Source of the DNA: an uncultured Nitrospiraceae bacterium
Lineage (GTDB): Bacteria; Nitrospirota; Thermodesulfovibrionia; Thermodesulfovibrionales; UBA6898
Direction: 5' to 3'
Assembly (NCBI GenBank): GCA_963811165.1
Contig: CAWEQH010000001.1
Coordinates: 288,001-352,000, forward strand
Length of the DNA stretch: 64,000 bases
Each line of letters starts with the position of its first letter. Positions within the stretch are counted from its first letter, which is position 1. Shown one piece after another: positions 33,359-42,978 of this stretch. Below the pieces are notes generated by a model. It was not told the DNA's origin, did not search any database, and saw only the letters and a program-made list of their open reading frames with translations. The translations under genes were made by a program, and so were the position numbers.

Positions 33359-34680
33359 TCTTTTCTCAGTCCCGGTAGTGATGAGTAATACGAAGGCCTT
33401 ATCAGTTTTCCCTGGATGATCTCCTCTATTCTGTGGGCTGACCAGCCCGCCACCCTCGACATCGCAAAGATGGGCGTAAAGAGTTCTTTCGGTATGCCCA
33501 TGGACCTGTAAACGAAACCCGAATAGAAATCCACGTTTGCCGACGCTACTTTCCCTTTTTTCCTTTCAACTATGCCGGGGGCCAGCCTGGCGATTCTCTT
33601 CATAAGTTGAAACTCTTTTTCCATGTTGTTCTTCTTTGCGATCGCGGCAGCCTTTTTTTCGAGGATCACCGCCCTCGGGTCCGACTTGGTGTATACGGCG
33701 TGTCCTATGCCGTATATTTTCCCCGATTTATCGTTTGCCTTCTTGTCGAGTATCTTTCCGAGGTAGTGTGCTACTTCCTCGTCGTCATCCCAGTCCTTTA
33801 CGTGAGCCTTTATGTTTTCCATCATGCCCTCAACCGCTTCATTGGCGCCGCCGTGCAGATGACCGGAAAGCGACGCGATCCCGGAGCATATGGCCATGTA
33901 GCTGTTTGCACCGGAGGAAGATACGGTCCTTACCGTAAAAGTGGAATTGTTGCCCCCGCCGTGTTCGGCATGAAGGACGAGCATCATGTCGAACAAGTTT
34001 GCAGCCAGTCTGTCCGGTTTTTTCCCCTGCAGCATGTAAAGGAAATTCTCCGCGTGACCGAGGTCCTCTCTGGGTTCGATGAGTTCGGGCAGCTTCTTGC
34101 CCCGGCAGGCCAACGCCCGGTAGTTGTATGCAACGATGGTGGGAAACTTGGCTATCAAATCTATGCACTGCCTTGAGAGATCTTTTATGTCGGTGGAGTT
34201 TGGGTTTCCATCAAAAAGGTGCATTGCAGAGACCATGGTGTGGAGGGTACCCATCTGGTCGTCATTGGATGGACTGTGGAGGATCATGTCCCTGGCCTTT
34301 TCGGGCAGATGTCTTCTCTGTGCAAGCTCCGCCGTAAATACGTCAAGGTGATCCTTGGCCGGCAGCTCTCCGGTAAGAAGGAGATAGGACGTTTCTTCAA
34401 AGCCGAACCTACCCTCCTCCTGTTGATGTCTGACAAGGTCTTTTACGCTATACCCGCAGTAGTATAATTCACCGTCGAGGTCCAATTTCTTCTGGCTGCC
34501 GTCCCCCTGGATCTCTTTTTTGTATCCGATTACCTGTCCCTTGCTCGTTATGCCCACGAAGACCCCTGTGCCGTCTTCGTTGCGGAGCCCGAGCTTTATG
34601 TTTTTGTCCCTGACAAGCTCCGGCGAAATCTTGTCGTGCTCCAATGCCAATTTTTCGATTATCCTCAGGACGTTTTGCAT
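33334..34680 (-). CDS. gltA: Citrate synthase
   Basis: HAEHGGGNNSTF, LHGGANE, GIGHAVY...DPR, NVDFYSG. Confidence 0.93.
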   Translation of the reverse strand: MQNVLRIIEKLALEHDKISPELVRDKNIKLGLRNEDGTGVFVGITSKGQVIGYKKEIQGDGSQKKLDLDGELYYCGYSVKDLVRHQQEEGRFGFEETSYLLLTGELPAKDHLDVFTAELAQRRHLPEKARDMILHSPSNDDQMGTLHTMVSAMHLFDGNPNSTDIKDLSRQCIDLIAKFPTIVAYNYRALACRGKKLPELIEPREDLGHAENFLYMLQGKKPDRLAANLFDMMLVLHAEHGGGNNSTFTVRTVSSSGANSYMAICSGIASLSGHLHGGANEAVEGMMENIKAHVKDWDDDEEVAHYLGKILDKKANDKSGKIYGIGHAVYTKSDPRAVILEKKAAAIAKKNNMEKEFQLMKRIARLAPGIVERKKGKVASANVDFYSGFVYRSMGIPKELFTPIFAMSRVAGWSAHRIEEIIQGKLIRPSYYSSLPGLRKDYEPLASR

Positions 34681-34923
34681 GTGCCTTACCTCGATGTACT
34701 GTTATTACGCTTCCGGAAAACGAAAGCCTAATAGTTTAACACATCTTACTATCCCGGATTGAGTGTATCAAAGAGGTGACATATTTTTTATTTCAGAAGA
34801 AAGCGCACCGGTTATCCGAGGGTGCGAAGGAAATACGCGACTTTCTCGCGCAGGTCGAAGATGCTGACCTTGCAGATAGAGACGGCAACTCTATATTGCA
34901 TCACCGCTTTACGGAAACTGTCC

Positions 34924-35094
34924 TCATCGTTGAAAGGCGATATACTCATCGTTTGCATCGAAGAAAAACTGGGAAATATAGGTATTGCAATTTGTCCACC
35001 CGTCGCCGATGCAGTTTTCCAGCCTGGCACATTCCAGATGCCTCGGGCTTATGCCGACCATCTCGCAAATTGTCTCTTTCATATAGGGACACAT
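34924..35094 (-). CDS. Small Cys-rich protein (CPY-x5-C-x17-C-x7-C family, member A)
   Basis: AAAGGAG RBS before ATG; Cys spacing shared with three other small ORFs in the island; downstream of a Pho-box-like promoter. Confidence 0.65.
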   Translation of the reverse strand: MCPYMKETICEMVGISPRHLECARLENCIGDGWTNCNTYISQFFFDANDEYIAFQR

Positions 35095-35155
35095 CTTATT
35101 ATCTCCTTTGATCATTTCGTTACAGATTTGCTCATCAAATGATTCACAGGACTAA

Positions 35156-35198
35156 AGGTTAGCATAACCACGTTACATGAGTATGTCAGTTATATGAA
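35156..35198 (-). promoter_or_regulatory. Pho-box-like promoter (3 repeats)
   Basis: Minus strand TTCAT, GACAT, GTAAC at 11-bp period, 10 bp, TAACCT. Confidence 0.7.
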
Positions 35199-35293
35199 AT
35201 TTTGAACGCCTAATCGAAAAGAGCAGCCTTTCGCTGTGTTCTTTCGCGGCGAAAAGGAAAACTTTCTACCGCAGTAGTCTGATGTATGGTCTC

Positions 35294-35347
35294 TTCACAC
35301 AATTATCATTATGGCTTCATCATCCTGTAATAAAAAGTAATTACCAT
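35294..35347 (+). promoter_or_regulatory. Pho-box-like promoter of dedA (4 repeats)
   Basis: TTCAC 35294, ATCAT 35305, TTCAT 35316, GTAAT 35327, 10 bp, TACCAT. Confidence 0.75.
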
Positions 35348-35368
35348 ATACGTAATGAGGCGGCATTC

Positions 35369-36004
35369 GTGAGCGAAATATTCGTACTGGTTGATCGGTT
35401 CCCCACTATTGCATTATTTATCCTCCCTATCCTCGGAAGTGTCGGGCTGCCGGTCCCTGAGGACGCCATATTATTTTTGTGCGGCATATTGATTTCAAAA
35501 AAAAGCGTTTTGCCCCTCTCCGGACTTATGTCGGTGTATGCCGGCATTTTGCTTAGTGATTTTCTTCTCTATTCAATCGGGCGGAAATACGGTAGCCGGA
35601 TTGTCAGGCATAAGATATTCCGGAAAATACTCCCCCCTGAGAAGCTTGTCCTTTTAGAACAGAGATTCATCCGGTCCGGCCCTCTTATCATTTTGCTTGG
35701 CCGTCAGCTCTTTTGGGTGCGCGCAAAAGTTTTTCTCGTGGCGGGTATAATGAAAATGCCGGTTAAGAAGTTTCTGTTTATCGACGCGATCGCAGCATTG
35801 TGTACGACCGGCGTCATCGTAGCGCTTGGATATTCAGGGGGCACTTTTTTGTCATATTTCAGCCGTATTTCACCCCAAGCCGCCCGGATGGTCTGGATAG
35901 TAGTTTTTGTCCTTGCGATTATGGCTTTTATCTACCGGCTCTCAGTTTTGAAAAGCAGGAAAATATCTAAAACGTCCAGACTCCAGCTGAGCTGGCATCG
36001 GTGA
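35369..36004 (+). CDS. DedA family membrane protein
   Basis: GLPVPEDAIL..G, D..LY.IGRKYG, GR.....R.....AG; GTG start chosen because the upstream ATG lies 5' of the predicted promoter. Confidence 0.88.
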   Translation: MSEIFVLVDRFPTIALFILPILGSVGLPVPEDAILFLCGILISKKSVLPLSGLMSVYAGILLSDFLLYSIGRKYGSRIVRHKIFRKILPPEKLVLLEQRFIRSGPLIILLGRQLFWVRAKVFLVAGIMKMPVKKFLFIDAIAALCTTGVIVALGYSGGTFLSYFSRISPQAARMVWIVVFVLAIMAFIYRLSVLKSRKISKTSRLQLSWHR

Positions 36005-36258
36005 AAATCCGGCGCGAAATAGTGCGTAGATTTCTTATGGCGGCGATCCTTGCTTCCTTGTTTTTCATTAAAGCAGGCGGGGCGACGGCGAGTCTGCCAT
36101 CGCAACTATTAATCGGCTTTGACGGATCAACACGGGATAATGGTACGCCTCCTCAGCCGTGGACCGTCAGACTCAGAGAAGGAAAAGCCGGCGCAACGGT
36201 GAATTCTATAACAATTTTGCGCCCTGTTGGGCCAACCTGGACCTTACGCTCTCGTTGA
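36001..36258 (+). pseudogene. Probable truncated N-terminus of a secreted protein
   Basis: GTG overlaps the dedA stop; signal peptide followed by about 35 aa, then the frame runs into the antisense 3' end of phoH. Confidence 0.4.
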
Positions 36259-37552
36259 GATGCAGGAAACAAAAGTTTTCTTCCTGTATGAACTTGCTGA
36301 TGAGATATGCGAGTCCGTTGCTCATGGCGTCCAGGTATGGTGTATCTATCTGGTCGAGGTCTCCGGTGAAGACGATTTTAGTCCCTTCGCCGCACCTCGT
36401 GATGATCGTTTTAACGTCCAACGGCCGGAGGTTCTGAGCCTCATCAATGATGAAGTATCTCCTGGGCAGGCTTCTTCCCCGGATATAGGTAAGGGCCTCG
36501 ATCTGGAGCACGCCTGAATCGATCAGATACTGAAAATTCTTATATCCATAAAGGGCGGTGTTGTCTTTTACCTGGTCTTTCGGCGTGCGTACGATGACCT
36601 CAAGACTATCGAAGATCGGCTGCATCCAGGGCGCAAGTTTTTCGCCCACATCTCCGGGAAGGTAGCCGATATCATTTCCCATAGGAACAATCGGTCTTGC
36701 CACGACTACCTGTTCATAAAGGGGTGATCTTTTCGTTGTCTGATGTATTGCTGCGGCCAGGGCGAGGAGTGTTTTTCCTGTTCCCGCGGTTCCGGTCAAC
36801 GCCACAACCTCGATATCGGGGTTGATCAGGGCATCGATTGCGCATCGCTGTTCGACGTTCTTCGGGGATATGCCGTCAAGCGATTTGCCATTTCTGATCT
36901 TTGATGCGTCGTCTCTTCCCCTGAGCCGATATATGTCATCGGCTTCCTTCAGATACCGGACGGAATGAATGCCGTTACGATAATCACCGTTGCTTAGAAC
37001 TTTCCCGTACTGCTTGAACATCGACGTCTTGTCGTTTTTGTAATCCTCAGCATGGAGACCGAATGACTCGGCCTTTATTCTTACTGCAGTGTCTTTTGAC
37101 ACAAGTATTACGCGGGGCGCCCCCCCGTTTTTGTCCCGGGATTCAGACGCGGAGATCGAAAGGGCGGTGCTGATAATCTGGTTGTCCTCAACGCTGCAGT
37201 CAAGGGTCGGAGGCGCGGCCTCATTCGGCCCGGTGCTGACTAAGAGGACACCGCCTTGCTTTAGGGTTATCCCCGAAGAGAGAGAACCTCTTTCCCTCAG
37301 GGAGTCTATTATCCTCAAGGCCTTCCTCGCAGAAGCTGCAATTTCTCCCGGGCCTTTTTTAAGCCTGTCAAGCTCTTCGATTACGACAAAGGGGATTACA
37401 ATATCGTTCTCATCGAACCTAAAGAGAGAACTCGGATCGTGAATCAGGACATTGGTATCGAGCACAAAGATTTTTTTGGTCTCCTTCGTTTCCATTTCAC
37501 CTTCACCGCAAAACTGATGCAAAGGACTTTTCAGTTCAGACACCTTGTTCAT
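36206..37552 (-). CDS. phoH: PIN-PhoH family protein (PhoH2/YlaK-like)
   Basis: FVLDTNVLIHDP PIN domain, GTAGTGKT, IGYLPG..EKL.PW, YIRGRS, IIDEAQN; start may be 37570, 37552 (GGAGG RBS) or 37495. Confidence 0.92.
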   Translation of the reverse strand: MNKVSELKSPLHQFCGEGEMETKETKKIFVLDTNVLIHDPSSLFRFDENDIVIPFVVIEELDRLKKGPGEIAASARKALRIIDSLRERGSLSSGITLKQGGVLLVSTGPNEAAPPTLDCSVEDNQIISTALSISASESRDKNGGAPRVILVSKDTAVRIKAESFGLHAEDYKNDKTSMFKQYGKVLSNGDYRNGIHSVRYLKEADDIYRLRGRDDASKIRNGKSLDGISPKNVEQRCAIDALINPDIEVVALTGTAGTGKTLLALAAAIHQTTKRSPLYEQVVVARPIVPMGNDIGYLPGDVGEKLAPWMQPIFDSLEVIVRTPKDQVKDNTALYGYKNFQYLIDSGVLQIEALTYIRGRSLPRRYFIIDEAQNLRPLDVKTIITRCGEGTKIVFTGDLDQIDTPYLDAMSNGLAYLISKFIQEENFCFLHLNESVRSRLAQQGAKLL

Positions 37553-37716
37553 AGGACCCTCCGTAGGCATATTTTATTTAAGGCGAGAAAGTGCCGGGAA
37601 ATAAATCGACAGGGGAATAAAGGATACTGCAGGCCGTCGGGAAATGCGTCATGGCCGAACATTCTTGCAGCGGCGCCATGTAACTGAGTCAAGATAGCTG
37701 CCATTCAATTAGTTAT

Positions 37717-37759
37717 AGTATGGCACATTATTATTACAGAAACGTTACATTTCTGATAA
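37717..37759 (-). promoter_or_regulatory. Pho-box-like promoter of phoH
   Basis: Minus strand TTATC, GTAAC, GTAAT at 11-bp period, 10 bp, CATACT (or TACTAT). Confidence 0.65.
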
Positions 37760-37846
37760 ATATAACATCTTAGAAAAATAAAATTTTTGTTAAGTCCCAT
37801 TATTCGAAGGTCATTTCTTGAAAAGGCGGCCTGACTTTCCCGGTTA

Positions 37847-37900
37847 GTAATCGAAATGTAACGTTCCCTTAATGATAGTGTAAAATAGGCCGACTATAAT
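37847..37900 (+). promoter_or_regulatory. Pho-box-like promoter, distal to phoB2 (4 repeats)
   Basis: GTAAT 37847, GTAAC 37858, TTAAT 37869, GTAAA 37880, 10 bp, TATAAT. Confidence 0.82.
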
Positions 37901-38022
37901 ACCGATCATAAAAAGTAAGGAAGCAGCGGATAAAAATGGAGAAGGACGGCCCAATGCAGGCTCGGTTACGGTGTCCGTATCGGCCTCGCGGGGACTCATG
38001 GGGGCGTTATACAGGACGAGTT

Positions 38023-38076
38023 GTAACGGAAATGTAATCTTTCCTTCACACTGCGGTAATATTCGTTCTTTACACT
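38023..38076 (+). promoter_or_regulatory. Pho-box-like promoter, proximal to phoB2 (4 repeats)
   Basis: GTAAC 38023, GTAAT 38034, TTCAC 38045, GTAAT 38056, 10 bp, TACACT. Confidence 0.82.
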
Positions 38077-38116
38077 ACTTATACCGTATGACACATGATC
38101 TTAACCTATAGGCATT

Positions 38117-38812
38117 ATGGCTGATATCCCCAGAATTCTTGCTGTCGATGACGAACCCGATATTGTCGAGTTGCTCTCCTACAATCTCAGAAAGGAGGGG
38201 TTTACCGTTTCAACGGCATCCGACGCGGAGGAGGCACTGGAAAAGATCAGGGCTGAGGACTTTTCCCTCGTTCTTCTGGATCTTATGCTCCCCGGTATGC
38301 AGGGCATGGAACTCTGCCGTGTCCTTAAGAAAGACCCCAAAACGGCAAATCTCCCCATCATTATGCTTACGGCCAAGGTCGAAGAAGTAGACAGGGTCCT
38401 CGGCCTTGAGTCCGGGGCCGATGACTATATCACAAAGCCCTTCAGTCCGAGGGAACTCGTGGCGCGCGTTAAGGCCGTCTTAAGGAGGACCGCCCCGAAG
38501 GCCCCAGGAGAGGATATTATCCGGATCGGGGAACTCATGATAAACAGGGAAACATATGCCGTGACAAAGAATGATGTCTTGTTAGATCTCAGCGCCACGG
38601 AGTTTAAACTGCTTCTCTATCTCATTGAAAGAAGAGGCAAGATATACGACCGGGAACACCTACTCAAAGCCGTATGGAAGCATGAGGCCTATGTTGAACC
38701 GAGGACTATCGATGTGCATATCAGAAGGCTGAGAACGCAGATCGAAGACGACCCTTCGAATCCGAAGTATATCAAGACAAGAAGAGGCATCGGATATTAT
38801 TTTGACGTATGA
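38117..38812 (+). CDS. phoB: PhoB-like response regulator (copy 2, no adjacent kinase)
   Basis: Closely similar to 30894..31595; RTIDVHIRRLR recognition helix. Confidence 0.85.
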   Translation: MADIPRILAVDDEPDIVELLSYNLRKEGFTVSTASDAEEALEKIRAEDFSLVLLDLMLPGMQGMELCRVLKKDPKTANLPIIMLTAKVEEVDRVLGLESGADDYITKPFSPRELVARVKAVLRRTAPKAPGEDIIRIGELMINRETYAVTKNDVLLDLSATEFKLLLYLIERRGKIYDREHLLKAVWKHEAYVEPRTIDVHIRRLRTQIEDDPSNPKYIKTRRGIGYYFDV

Positions 38813-40098
38813 TGGACCCTGGCGAACACACTGATACCGGCGGTGCCCCCTTATCGCCTGCAGCATCGGGCAATCCCTTTCTCTGGGGTGTCGCAACATC
38901 TGCCTTTCAACTCGAAGGCTCTCCTTATGCAGACTGGACGACATGGGATGAAATACTGAGTCAAAAGCCCGACATCACCAACCATTACCTTCTTTACAAG
39001 GAGGACCTTGCCTTATTAAAAGACCTCGGGGTAAATGCGTACCGGTTCTCTCCTGAGTGGAGCAGGATACAGCCGCGCGAAAAGGTCTGGGACGAGAAGG
39101 CGATAAGGCATTATCAGGAGGTTGTAGAGATACTCGTCAAAAATAATATCGAACCCATGCTTACCCTGAATCACTTTACGCATCCCCTCTGGTTCATAAA
39201 AAAATATCCATGGCATGAAGAGGCATCAGTTGAAAAATTTCTGACATTTGCGGATAAGATGGTTAAGACCCTGGAAGGGGTGCGGTACTGGATCACCTTC
39301 AATGAACCGTACGTCCTTGTCCTGGCCGGCTACTTTGAGGGCTGTACGCCCCCCGCGATCAAAGATGCGTCACTTGGGGTGAAAGCCCTGACGAACATTC
39401 TTAAGGCCCATGGGGCGGCCTATGACCTCATCCACTCACATATTCCGGATGGGATGGTGAGCATAGCGCATAATATGGCGTCATTTGCCCCATGGAGCAG
39501 ATGGAACCCCCTCGACAGGCTTCTCGTAAAGATCACGAAACACTTTTACAACCATTCGCTCCTGGATGCCTTCCTAAACGGCACGCTGAGCGTGAAGTTC
39601 CCTTTCAGGAGGGTGCTCGAGATTGAAGTTCCTATCAAGGGGAAACTCGACTTTTTCGGGGTCAATTATTACACGAGGATGCATCTTCGTTTCAATCCTT
39701 TCAAGAAAATGGGGATTGAGATAAGACACAGGGACATCGATGGTCAGGGACTCACCGACATGGGATGGGAAATCCATCCGCGCGGACTTGAAAAGGTCCT
39801 GAGATACGCCTCGAAACTCAATGTCCCCCTGATAATAACGGAAAACGGAATCGCAACCCGCGACAGTCAAAGGAAGATAAAGTTTATGCAGGGGCATATC
39901 GATGTTCTCGAAAAGTGCAGACGGGAAGGGAGGGACATCCGAGGATATTTTTATTGGACCCTGATCGACAACTATGAATGGCTCCAGGGACTCGACTCAA
40001 GGTTTGGACTCTATACCGTTGACTTCCAGACCCTGGAGCGCAGACCCACGAACGCGGCCGCCTACTACTCATACCTTATTAAGAGCCGGAAACTCTGA
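38809..40098 (+). CDS. Glycoside hydrolase family 1 (beta-glycosidase)
   Basis: FLWGVATSAFQLEG, YRFS.EWSRI, TFNEP, ITENG, DNYEW. Confidence 0.95.
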   Translation: MMDPGEHTDTGGAPLSPAASGNPFLWGVATSAFQLEGSPYADWTTWDEILSQKPDITNHYLLYKEDLALLKDLGVNAYRFSPEWSRIQPREKVWDEKAIRHYQEVVEILVKNNIEPMLTLNHFTHPLWFIKKYPWHEEASVEKFLTFADKMVKTLEGVRYWITFNEPYVLVLAGYFEGCTPPAIKDASLGVKALTNILKAHGAAYDLIHSHIPDGMVSIAHNMASFAPWSRWNPLDRLLVKITKHFYNHSLLDAFLNGTLSVKFPFRRVLEIEVPIKGKLDFFGVNYYTRMHLRFNPFKKMGIEIRHRDIDGQGLTDMGWEIHPRGLEKVLRYASKLNVPLIITENGIATRDSQRKIKFMQGHIDVLEKCRREGRDIRGYFYWTLIDNYEWLQGLDSRFGLYTVDFQTLERRPTNAAAYYSYLIKSRKL

Positions 40099-40199
40099 TC
40101 TTGTCGCTATTACTTCCCTATGCCGGCGACAGTTCCCGCCTCCGATAAGTGCTACACTGCCCGTAGCACCTGCCCCAGAGAGTGAAACCGCCTGCAATC

Positions 40200-40253
40200 T
40201 TCACGGAAATGTAATCCTTCCTTAATAATGCTGTAACTATCATATCGTAAGCT
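40200..40253 (+). promoter_or_regulatory. Pho-box-like promoter of the PHP-glycosyltransferase operon (4 repeats)
   Basis: TTCAC 40200, GTAAT 40211, TTAAT 40222, GTAAC 40233, 10 bp, TAAGCT. Confidence 0.82.
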
Positions 40254-40290
40254 AACAACAGCATGGTGAATAAGTTGAGAACTGAGTGTA

Positions 40291-40983
40291 ATGCTGCTGT
40301 GTGATTTTCACATCCACACTACCTATTCAGACGGCTCTGTGGAGCTGAGAAGGACAATCGATCTTTTCGGACAGGCAGGCTTTGATGTTATTTCAATAAC
40401 GGACCATGTGGTCAATGGTGATAATCCGCTTGGAAAGCTCGCACATCGTTTTAAGTATTCTGTAACAGCCGATAACTTCAGTAAATATATTTCCCACATA
40501 AAAGAAGAGGCGCAAAGGGCGCAAGACAAATATGACATGCTCGTCATTCCCGGAATTGAAATAACCAAGAACCGTCTCACCATAGACAACTCAGCCCATA
40601 TGCTGATCATCGATGTCCAGGACTTCATCCCCGCGTGCATAAGTTATGAAGAGATATTCCTGGCGGCGAAGAGACAGAATGCCTTGACGATAGCATGCCA
40701 CCCGCATTATATGTCGGCAAAGAGCGACCGGGACACACTCTTTCTCTGGAACAACAGGGAAAAATATGCCCGCTACATCGACGCATGGGAGATCGCCAAC
40801 AGAGACGACGTCTTCAATGTAATAAGCCTCAAAAAATATCCGTATATCGCAAACAGCGACTTCCACAAGCCCAGACATCTTTACTCCTGGAAGACGCTTC
40901 TGAATTGCGCGAAAGACATAGACTCCATAAAACAGTGCATCAAACATAACAAGGGCGTTGCATTGACACTCTTTAGAAATTAG
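40291..40983 (+). CDS. PHP-domain phosphoesterase
   Basis: DFHIHTTYSDG, ITDH, PGIE, CHP, NSDFH. Confidence 0.9.
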   Translation: MLLCDFHIHTTYSDGSVELRRTIDLFGQAGFDVISITDHVVNGDNPLGKLAHRFKYSVTADNFSKYISHIKEEAQRAQDKYDMLVIPGIEITKNRLTIDNSAHMLIIDVQDFIPACISYEEIFLAAKRQNALTIACHPHYMSAKSDRDTLFLWNNREKYARYIDAWEIANRDDVFNVISLKKYPYIANSDFHKPRHLYSWKTLLNCAKDIDSIKQCIKHNKGVALTLFRN

Positions 40984-40986
40984 GAG

Positions 40987-42201
40987 GTGAACATGATTTT
41001 ATTCTGGATCTTTGCGGGTATTACTTGCTTTGGGATAATCGGATATCTGCTTCAAATTGTCGCGGTCCGGTCATATACGGCATCCCCCAACTCAGGGGAA
41101 AGCGTACGCTTTCCCCAATCTTTTTCTCCGGTCTCAATCCTTAAGCCGCTCAAAGGCCTTGATGATGGGCTGTTTGACAACCTCGAAAGCTTCTGCAATC
41201 TTGAGTATCCCCACTATGAGATCATCTTTGCGCTTCAGAACCAGAATGATCCGGCCCATAAAGTGGTAAAAAAGGTAAAGGAGAAATACCCTTTAAAAGA
41301 CATAACCATTGTCGTTGAACATTGTGATGAGGGGCTGAACCCCAAGGTCAACAATCTGATCCCGGCATATAAGAGGGCCAAATATGATCTGATATTGATA
41401 AGCGACAGCAATGTCCGTGTGGAAAAAGACTACCTGGCTGCCATTGCCGGACACATGGAAGATCCGTCGGTCGGACTTGTCAGCAATATGATCAGGGGCG
41501 TACACGGCCGGTCCCTTGGGGCCCTCATGGAAAATCTCCACCTGAACACATTTATTGTGGGAAGCGTCTGCTTCCTCGATAAATATCTTAAGATGCCCTG
41601 TGTCGTGGGCAAGTCAATGCTGATGAGGAAGGCCGAGCTTGAAGCCATCGGGGGCTTCAGGTCTGTCAAGGACTTTCTTGCGGAGGACTACATAATCGGC
41701 CAAAGAATTCACGCACTCGGCAAAAGGGTCGTCCTTTCCGGCCATCTTATCAACAATGTCAATGAATATTGGGGGATAAAGAGGTTTATTAACCGTCATA
41801 CAAGATGGGGAAAGCTGAGATGGCAAATCGGAGGCGCGAAGTATTTCTCCGAATTGGCCGGCAATGCCGTATTCATGTCCTTCATGCCGATGGTCTTCAT
41901 GCCTGCGTCAAAAATTGCTTTATTGCTGGCTGCGGCGGTGAGTTCTCTGAAAATAGTCCATGATTTCTACATCGGCAACAAACTTCGCGCCGATATGAAC
42001 CCCCTGCTCTATTTGCTGTCCCCTGTCAAGGACCTTATTATCGGATTCGTATGGTTTGTGCCGATCCTGAGCAACACCGTAGCCTGGAGGGGCAACAGAT
42101 ATATCATCGGCAAGGAATCGATGCTCTCACCGTATCCGGAGACCGGCATATGGGCATGGCGGTACAGGATCATGGACGTGATAAAAACAAGGATTGCTTA
42201 G
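40987..42201 (+). CDS. Ceramide glucosyltransferase/HpnI-like GT21 glycosyltransferase
   Basis: VSILKPLKG, GLNPKVNNL, ISDS, GKSM, LAEDY, RHTRW; N- and C-terminal TM helices. Confidence 0.9.
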   Translation: MNMILFWIFAGITCFGIIGYLLQIVAVRSYTASPNSGESVRFPQSFSPVSILKPLKGLDDGLFDNLESFCNLEYPHYEIIFALQNQNDPAHKVVKKVKEKYPLKDITIVVEHCDEGLNPKVNNLIPAYKRAKYDLILISDSNVRVEKDYLAAIAGHMEDPSVGLVSNMIRGVHGRSLGALMENLHLNTFIVGSVCFLDKYLKMPCVVGKSMLMRKAELEAIGGFRSVKDFLAEDYIIGQRIHALGKRVVLSGHLINNVNEYWGIKRFINRHTRWGKLRWQIGGAKYFSELAGNAVFMSFMPMVFMPASKIALLLAAAVSSLKIVHDFYIGNKLRADMNPLLYLLSPVKDLIIGFVWFVPILSNTVAWRGNRYIIGKESMLSPYPETGIWAWRYRIMDVIKTRIA

Positions 42202-42232
42202 TGTATGAATGAGTATGACAAGGAGGTGCCAA

Positions 42233-42442
42233 GTGCATTGCCCGCTCAATCAAATCCCGATCGACAATCGGTCACACGCGGAGCATTCCTGCTGCCCTTA
42301 CAACGGAGCAGCCAACGGCATATGTTCCGCATCCCTTTCGACGATGATGATTGTTCCAAGCATGAGGGAGGGGTACTGTGAAAACGAGAATTACGATAAT
42401 TGCCCGATTTTCTTATCGAAAATCATGAGGAAAAAGACGTAA
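42233..42442 (+). CDS. Small Cys-rich protein (CPY-x7-C-x17-C-x7-CPIF, member B)
   Basis: AGGAGG then GTG; conserved Cys spacing. Confidence 0.7.
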   Translation: MHCPLNQIPIDNRSHAEHSCCPYNGAANGICSASLSTMMIVPSMREGYCENENYDNCPIFLSKIMRKKT

Positions 42443-42471
42443 CCCGTGTTTTCTTATATGGAGGTGTGTGC

Positions 42472-42855
42472 ATGATGCAGCAGAAGAAGATTCTTATCAT
42501 CGATGACGACATCCGATATCTTATTGATGCGAAACGCTGTTTGCAGTCTCGCGGGTATGCGGTGAGTATCCATGAGCATTCAGCCGGCTCGCCTGTCATG
42601 ATCAGGAACACGAAGCCGGATGTTGTGTTACTCAATATCAGAATGGGTGACCTGTCCGAAGAGAAGCTGTCATACCTCCTCGGTGCAAACCGGCATGCAC
42701 GGGGAGTTCCCGTGGTATTCTATTCCTCCCATGACGAGGAAGGCCTCAGGAATGCCGCTGTACGTCACGAGGCCGAGGGATATATACGCAAAGGAGATGT
42801 CTCCCTGCTTTGCGATAAGGTTGATGCTTTTTGTCCCATCGAGCTGAGGGCGTAA
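42472..42855 (+). CDS. Single-domain response regulator with Asn at the phosphoacceptor position
   Basis: ILIIDDD, PDVVLLNIRM, VVFYSS, YIRK; GGAGG RBS. Confidence 0.82.
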   Translation: MMQQKKILIIDDDIRYLIDAKRCLQSRGYAVSIHEHSAGSPVMIRNTKPDVVLLNIRMGDLSEEKLSYLLGANRHARGVPVVFYSSHDEEGLRNAAVRHEAEGYIRKGDVSLLCDKVDAFCPIELRA

Positions 42856-42978
42856 GGGCATTTTCTCCATGGCGGCCGACATGGGCTTTTTTCCGCCTAT
42901 TCCGGCGACTCTCGACACATCCGCCCTATAGGGTCAATGCCGTAAAGGGATCGTGAAACCTACAGAGATATTACGCTC

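Noticed and set aside
35282..35368. Upstream ATG for dedA
   Set aside because: This stretch contains the repeat array and -10 box; the GTG at 35369 has an RBS-like GAGG
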